Assembly: GCA_963719465.1 (NCBI GenBank)
Contig: OY970386.1
Coordinates: 857,451-921,450, forward strand
DNA: 64,000 nt
From: an uncultured Chloroflexia bacterium
GTDB lineage: Bacteria; Chloroflexota; Dehalococcoidia; DSTF01; JALHUB01
Reading direction: 5' to 3'
Shown here: piece by piece, positions 58,347-64,000 of the stretch
How positions within the stretch are numbered: the first letter of the stretch is position 1
Layout of the letters: every line of letters begins with the position of its first letter
Made by a program: the position numbers and the translations under genes
The notes under the pieces: model-generated
Told to the model about the DNA's origin: nothing
The model's input: only the letters and a program-made list of their open reading frames with translations
Database searches by the model: none

Positions 58347-60041
58347 CTAGGTCTTCCGCCTGCGGAGGGCGAGGCCGGAGCCGATTAGCAGGATGGCGAT
58401 GGCGCCCAGCGGCAACGCCACGGGCCACGATGCCGGTCTCCCATCGCCGGTGCCGGTCTTTGGCGGCGCGATGACAGCGCTGGGAGCGCCTGCGGGGGCG
58501 GCTCCCGGCAGCTCGCCGATGGTGGCGGGATTTTGCTCACAATTCACCAGGAACGACTGTGTGAGCCCTGACGCCACGAACTTAAGGGGAACCGGCTCCG
58601 GCGTGATGATTGGCGCGGGCGTCGAGACAGGGTATGGGGTAGCAACAGGCGTACCGGCCGGCGCGGGCGTGTCCGTGGGCGGCAGCGGAGTGAACACGGG
58701 CGTAGGCGTCGGGCCCTTGACGACGTGGCGCATCCATGTAGCCTGCACGAGGACGCCGTTGATTGCGCCGGAGAGCGGTGTGAGAACGGTGGTGGAGGCG
58801 CCGCTCGTCGTCCTGGCGTCTATCGGGTTAGCGCTGCCGAGCGCCTTGACGCTGAAGTGGACGAGGTTGCCGTTGACGACCGCCTTGCTGTTGTCATCGG
58901 TCAGGTTGGCGGTTATGGTTGAGCTGGCGGTGCCGTCGCAGACGAGGCTGGGCGGGACTGCCGCCAGCGACATCGCGACCGGTTCGCTCTGGACGGGCAG
59001 GGTTATCGAGGCGCTGCGTCCGGTAGGCGCATCGAGGTCGGCTCCAAGATGCGAGGGGAGAACGTCTGCGCCAGTAGTTATGGTGGCCGTTATCTTGACG
59101 TTCCCCGTTTTGCTGCCGCCGCAGAGCACTTCCGGCGCGCCCAGGCCGAGAGCCGCCAGGTCAAGGCTCGGGGTAAGGCCGACCCGAAGCGGCGGCGGTT
59201 TGACAAAATCGGCCTTGTCGGTGTCGTCCACGGACCAGAGTATCACAGCGCCGGTAATCGGCGTATCGTCGCTATCGTAGACGGTAGCGTCGAGCGGCGT
59301 AGTCTCAGGCTCCGTGACAGACTCGAGGAAGGTGGGCGTGTCGCTGAACAGCTCGCAAGTAGGAGCGCCTGTCTGGATGGCGGTGTCGAAGGCCTTTAGG
59401 GAGACATGGTCAGGCTCCCCGACTATCTTGTAGTCAGCCGATACCTCGCTGCCGCCCTGGCGCACGCGGAACTGGCCGTCGCCGCGGGGGGCTCCGTTAG
59501 GAATCCAGCGGGCGACTACCACGCCGTCCCCAACATTCGGCGTCTTGTCACAGTCGTTGTCACTGAAGTCAACGCCCGGGTCGCCGGCTTTGCCGCAGGT
59601 GATGCTGGATTTGTTATTGCCGGCGGTGGTGAAGATGCCGTTGTCAGCGTAGAAGCCGACGGTATCGTCATTGCTTACGAAGGCAACGACGAAGACGATG
59701 CCATCCTTATCGTGCACCTGGCCGGCGTCCATGTCGATCTTGGTAAAGTCGGATGGCTGCGGGTTGGTTGGATCGCCGTTGAGAACCCTAACCAGCGTGT
59801 CGAAGCTGGGCTGTTGGTCCAAAGTCTGGCAGGTAGTCACACCTGCGGCCCCATCCCCGTCGTCGATTGTTTTGCTGTCGTTCCAGTCGACGTTGCCGGT
59901 AAGGAGGATGCAGTTGGTCTGCGTTATGGTTATGACGTCCGTAACAGTGGCGTGCGCCGCGGGCGGCCGGAAGTTGACTCCGAAGAGCACCAGGGCCGCT
60001 ATCGGAAGCGCCAGCAGCAAGCCGATCTTCCTGAACTTCAT
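58347..60041 (-). CDS. Sortase-substrate-like surface protein with a Big_1-like domain
   Basis: Signal peptide. LVCDGTASSTITANLTDDNSKAV. PT-rich linker. C-terminal PPKTGTG..., TM AIAILLIGSGLAL, RRRKT. Confidence 0.8.
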   Translation of the reverse strand: MKFRKIGLLLALPIAALVLFGVNFRPPAAHATVTDVITITQTNCILLTGNVDWNDSKTIDDGDGAAGVTTCQTLDQQPSFDTLVRVLNGDPTNPQPSDFTKIDMDAGQVHDKDGIVFVVAFVSNDDTVGFYADNGIFTTAGNNKSSITCGKAGDPGVDFSDNDCDKTPNVGDGVVVARWIPNGAPRGDGQFRVRQGGSEVSADYKIVGEPDHVSLKAFDTAIQTGAPTCELFSDTPTFLESVTEPETTPLDATVYDSDDTPITGAVILWSVDDTDKADFVKPPPLRVGLTPSLDLAALGLGAPEVLCGGSKTGNVKITATITTGADVLPSHLGADLDAPTGRSASITLPVQSEPVAMSLAAVPPSLVCDGTASSTITANLTDDNSKAVVNGNLVHFSVKALGSANPIDARTTSGASTTVLTPLSGAINGVLVQATWMRHVVKGPTPTPVFTPLPPTDTPAPAGTPVATPYPVSTPAPIITPEPVPLKFVASGLTQSFLVNCEQNPATIGELPGAAPAGAPSAVIAPPKTGTGDGRPASWPVALPLGAIAILLIGSGLALRRRKT

Positions 60042-60141
60042 AGCTCGCTTCCCCTTTCTTCTTGTCCCGATGCCCCCCGCGGCTCTGGGCCGTTCGGCGG
60101 GCTGTTTCGGCTATCTAGCGAATGCATGTCCGGTCATTGTC

Positions 60142-61221
60142 CTAGCGTCGCGTCCGCGCACGGCGAAGATAGACCGCTCCGCCGGCCAGGGAGATTGCAG
60201 CCGCGCCGAGAATGATCCAGGCAAGGGCTATGCTCCATGTCGTACCTGTCGAGGCGTCGCCGGTATTGGGCGGCGTGACGCCCGCGCCCGCTCCGCCGCC
60301 GGAAGGCGCCGGTGGCGGCGGCGCGCCTCCGCCTCCACCACCTCCACCGCCGCCACTGGGCGCAGCAGCCGTGGCGCTGGGGGTAATGGTTGGTGTTGGT
60401 GTATGGGCCCTTGGCGTCGGTGTGCAGGTGGGAAGACCCTCAAAACCGCAAACGGGCGTCGAGGTCGGGCCCACGGTCGGAACCGGAGTTGAGGTGTTCA
60501 CCGGGGTGGGGGTGTTGCCCCCCTTAACATCGGTGCCACCTATGCACTGGCCTGGGGTATTGGCGCAGTCGATGTACTCCGTGCCGCCCTGGTCGGCAAC
60601 GGTATTCGTACCTACGAATGAGAGCGTATCCGTGCCGCCATTAATCGCTGCGAATTCGATCTCTGCGATGGGCTCAGGCTGGTTGACAGGTAGCGCTGGA
60701 GATTGAGTGGAAATACAACTCAGGTGAGCGCGGCCGATGCCTGCTCCACCGGCGTCGAGGCCGCAACTCGGCCCGAGATTGCCGGCGCTGGTGCAGTCCC
60801 AGCCGCTGCCGAGGCTCACGCCCCCGAAGGTGGTGGTGCCGGCATTGGCATCAGGGTTTGCGTCACGGCAGTGCGGGTCTGTATCGGAGTCCAGACAATC
60901 CACCCCTATTGGCACGCACTGGTTGAGCGTGTCGTCATACTGGAGCGAGATTTCAAGGCTAGCGGGTGCGGCAGGCGCATTCTCCAGACAAACCGCTACC
61001 CAGTAGTCGCCGCCACCGGGCGTATCGTTTCTTGACGCGTCGATGGGGTTGCAGGGGCCGCTGCCGTTCGTGGGGTTCATGTCGAGCACGAGAACGGGGG
61101 TCGGATCCGCCTGTCCCGCAAAGGCACGTTGTGTTCCGCCGCTGAATCGGGGAACGACGATTATTGCGGCGACAAGAATGCCGCCCAACAATGCCAAAGC
61201 CGTCCAATGCCAACCTTTCAT
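60142..61221 (-). CDS. Sortase-substrate-like surface protein with one cohesin-like domain
   Basis: MKGWHWTALALLGG signal/TM. LEISLQYDDTLNQC...IAEIEFAAINGGTDTLSF. PT and poly-Gly linker. PPNTGDA..., TM, RRARTRR. Confidence 0.7.
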   Translation of the reverse strand: MKGWHWTALALLGGILVAAIIVVPRFSGGTQRAFAGQADPTPVLVLDMNPTNGSGPCNPIDASRNDTPGGGDYWVAVCLENAPAAPASLEISLQYDDTLNQCVPIGVDCLDSDTDPHCRDANPDANAGTTTFGGVSLGSGWDCTSAGNLGPSCGLDAGGAGIGRAHLSCISTQSPALPVNQPEPIAEIEFAAINGGTDTLSFVGTNTVADQGGTEYIDCANTPGQCIGGTDVKGGNTPTPVNTSTPVPTVGPTSTPVCGFEGLPTCTPTPRAHTPTPTITPSATAAAPSGGGGGGGGGGAPPPPAPSGGGAGAGVTPPNTGDASTGTTWSIALAWIILGAAAISLAGGAVYLRRARTRR

Positions 61222-61458
61222 CGGTTCCCTCACTTCCTGCAGAATTCTAGCTGACTGGAGCCGCGCAGCAGCGGAATATGATTGCACATGGTCTTCCGCC
61301 AGGTCCTAAGGATATACAAGGAACCGCAAACGTCGGGCCGATGCAACGTCTGAACTGCAACCAGCCTCTTACGTATAACGCATGAACGGCGGCAAAGTCA
61401 ACGCTGAAGCGAGATTTTTTTCAGTTTCCTGCCCGGAACCGTGAAATGGGACATGGAA

Positions 61459-61486
61459 AGAGGGCGACGATTTCTCGTCGCCCTCT
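61459..61486 (-). terminator. Perfect 12-bp hairpin just downstream of 61509..63464
   Basis: AGAGGGCGACGA TTTC TCGTCGCCCTCT. On the minus strand it is followed by TTCCATGTCCCATTTC. Confidence 0.5.
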
Positions 61487-61508
61487 TGGGCTCGTTCAGT
61501 CTTCAGGA

Positions 61509-63464
61509 TTAGCGCAGGACGCGCCTTCGCCTGAGGCCGCGGTAGACGCCGCCAACAAGGACGCAGGCGCCTGCCCCGGAGAAGAGGGCGAGCAGCCAGG
61601 GGAATCCACTGCCGTTAGGTCCGCTGCCGGTGCCGGGCGGAAGAAGCGATGGCCCCGCGCCACCGGAAGGGGTAGCCGTCGCAAGCGGCACGGGCGTGGA
61701 CGGCGGCGCGAGCGTTGGAGGAGTCGTCGCGGTCTCCGTCGGCGTCTGCGTCGAGTTGCGGTGGTGCTCCTGGTTTTGCTTGATGTCGGTCGCGCCGAGG
61801 CAGGTCATCAAATAGGGGTTCCAGGAGGGGGCCACATTCAACTCGCCTCCAGGAGGAGTGACGCCGCAAGCGCCGATAACAACCTCGTCCGGCCCCCGCA
61901 CCAACAGTGACTGAATGGTGACGGTGTCGGTGCCGGCGGCCAGCACCTTGAGGGTGACGGCCGCGAGGGCGATGTGGTCAATGAAAGTACCGTCCACGAG
62001 CTCCGTCTTGACGTCGTCGGTCCCGTCTCTTGTACAGGCAATCGTGGCGGTGCCGGTGGTGCCGGTGGTGTCGGTGGCGCCGGTGACGCCCGTACCGCAT
62101 GTGGGAGGATCTTCGATATCGCAATTCCAGTCGGAGCCGAGGTTGTTGTTAACGTCGACCGGTGTTTCTCCGGCATTGGCGTGCGGGTTGGAGTCGAGGC
62201 AACCCTGGTCGCTATCCGAGCATGTTGTGCTCACGCACTGGTCGAGCCCCCCATTGTAGGTCAAGTTCAGCTCGAAGGCGTCGACTTCAGCAGGAACGTT
62301 GCCGAGGCAGACGGCCAGGGTGTGAGTATCGCCAACGGTCTCTGTGGTCTGCCGGTCGATGGCGTTCTGGTCGCAGGGGCCGGTGCCGTTGGTCAAGTTC
62401 TTGTCGATGTAGGCGTAGATAGTTGGAGTCGGCGTAAAGGTCGACGTGGACGTCGGCGTGAAGGTAGACGTCGGCGTGAAGGTAGACGTGGCCGGTAGTG
62501 GCGTCGGCGTTATGGTCGGCGTGTCCGTCGGGAGAGGCGTCGGCGTTATGGTCGGGGTGTCCGTCGGGAGAGGCGTCGGCGTTATGGTCGGCGTGTCGGT
62601 GGGCGTGCTTGTCGGTGTCTCAGTTGGCGTGGGCGGGTCGTAGACGCCGTTGAAGCACCGGACGGTGTCGCCCTGGTTGAGAGGAGGGCAGAGGATCGGC
62701 TCGAGCCCGGCCACGTCGCCCTCGGTCACGTTGTTAAGGGTGAAGGTGTCCTGGCCGGTTCCCAGGGCCTTGAAGGTGATTTCCGCTATGGGCGAGGAAA
62801 CGTTGTCGCCAGTCGCCAGGGTGGGAGCCTGGGTACTGAAGCAGATCGCCTGAGCGATAGCTTCGTTTCCGGTGCCGTTCCCGGTGTCACACAGCGGTCG
62901 GGTGGTCTGCGATGCGGTGCAGTCCCAACCCGGGCCCAGGTTCGTGCCGCCGAAAGTCGTCAAACCGGCGTTGATGTCCGGGTCGCCATCCTGCAGTGCG
63001 CGTCGGTAGAGGCGTCGTCAGTGCATAGAACGGGCGGGTCAATGCACTGGTTCAGCGTCTTGTCGTAGTCCAGTTCGAACTGGAACGACGCCGGCGGACC
63101 GTTCTTGCCACTACTCGCTGACGCCGGCGCTGGTAAGACAGACGGCAACCTTGTAGGTTGTGCCGACTGTATAGGTCGCCGACGGGTCAACGGGGTTGCA
63201 GGGGCCGGTGCCGTTGGTCACGTCCATGTCGAGTTCCAGGTGGACGTCACCGGCGCCGCAAACGCCGTCGTTGTTGATGTCAACGCCGGGAGTGGCACAG
63301 GGGGAAGTACCCACATCACCCACGACGACGCCATTGCCAGCGACGTATCCGGCGGCGACGACCTTCACGGTCGACGAGCCGCTGCCGCCGAAGGGAGCGA
63401 AGGCGACGACAAGAGCGACGGCAACCCCCAGCAAGACCAGCACTGCCCAGAACCTGCGTTTCAT
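61509..63464 (-). pseudogene. Sortase-substrate-like surface protein with two cohesin-like domains. Frame broken twice (insertion at 63118-63150, deletion near 62990)
   Basis: Three ORF pieces (63111..63464, 62960..63190, 61509..62963) align colinearly with 60142..61221 (LDMDVTNGTGPCNP.., FELDYDKTLNQC.., HC(R)DGDPDINAGLTTFGGTNLGPGWDC). C-terminal PPGTGSG..., TM, RRRRVLR. Confidence 0.75.
62500..62607. repeat. 36-nt tandem repeat x3 encoding the TPTITPTPLPTD linker. An adjacent 18-nt repeat (62441-62492) encodes STFTPT
   Basis: GGCGTCGGCGTTATGGTCGG(C/G)GTGTCCGTCGGGAGA repeated head to tail. Confidence 0.85.
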
Positions 63465-63651
63465 TCCACTACCTCCTAAACAATAGCGTTAAAACACACT
63501 AAGAAGCCTCCCTGCGCTGTTCAGGGCCCCGCCACTCATTTGAGCCGACAATACTCTACCGGTATATAACGCGCAACAGCCGCTGAAGTTAACCAAGACG
63601 CGCTGGGGTTAGGCAGAAAAAGGGCGCGGCGATTCCGCCAGCTTCCAGCGA

Positions 63652-64000
63652 TCAGGGGGCAGGGCACACTTGCGCCCCTATGGCCTGCATGACTATAGCG
63701 ACGCGGTACAAGTCGCCGACATTGATGGCACCATCCCTCAAGACGTCGCGCGTTGGTGTGTAGCCGTACTTGCCATCGTGGTTGCCGTCGGTCTTCGCAA
63801 GGTAGATATGCGCGCCCGCTTTATGAGCCGCGGTCAGAGGGTAGTTAACACCTCGTGTAACGGTCATCGTGTCTGGAGAACCATCTGTGAGTCCTGTCAC
63901 CCTCATGGATTCGTCGTCGATCGCTATCACATTGTTGGGCGCCACGCTTGAGAGTTTGCTCTGGTCGCTGATGGCGACCGTGGTCTGGGTGTCGGTGCCA
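63652..64000 (-). CDS. C-terminal part of a larger secreted protein (N-terminus beyond the window) with a dockerin/EF-hand-like terminal segment
   Basis: Open frame runs to the window edge. ...TDGNHDGKYGYTPTRDVLRDGAINVGDLYRVAIVMQ resembles a Ca-binding dockerin half-site. Confidence 0.45.
   Translation of the reverse strand, partial: GTDTQTTVAISDQSKLSSVAPNNVIAIDDESMRVTGLTDGSPDTMTVTRGVNYPLTAAHKAGAHIYLAKTDGNHDGKYGYTPTRDVLRDGAINVGDLYRVAIVMQAIGAQVCPAP

Overview
High-GC bacterial chromosome segment (about two-thirds G+C by eye). It has sortases, Pro/Thr-rich linkers and C-terminal TM plus Arg anchors, so a monoderm Chloroflexota- or Actinomycetota-like lineage is my guess and cannot be proven here. 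Most of it is housekeeping and stress genes: PBP1A, ribF, tyrS, lon, hsp20, ndk, thiL, tsaE/tsaB, mnmA, rsfS, rpsU, SOD, otsA and two tRNA-Ser. There are five accessory modules. (1) A cobalamin-riboswitch-controlled ECF importer with two anchored extracytoplasmic proteins, next to a corrinoid protein, its RACo-type activase and a MetH-activation-like protein. (2) A Ku - LigD - encapsulated ferritin - encapsulin string. (3) VapBC and a low-GC Fic islet. (4) A tandemly duplicated lipoprotein cassette. (5) Four tandem sortases followed by Big-like and cohesin-like surface proteins carrying PP[KNG]TG-type sorting signals. This last module is the most interesting. The sequence has at least 11 frame-breaking 1-nt indels in otherwise conserved genes. 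Six of them fall on the same 7-mer GACGTTC/GAACGTC, which is GACGTC plus one base. That points to a motif-specific sequencing or modification artefact, or a mutational hotspot, rather than true gene decay. Other recurring non-coding structure: a hairpin+CTAC REP-like repeat family, a 110-bp tandem repeat copying the encapsulin 3' end, a conserved TGAAGA direct repeat upstream of two paralogous orphan response regulators, and a terminator-bearing leader upstream of a URO-D-family methyltransferase. No CRISPR array, transposase or integrase was seen. All calls are by-eye motif recognition, no searches were run, and start codons are often uncertain.
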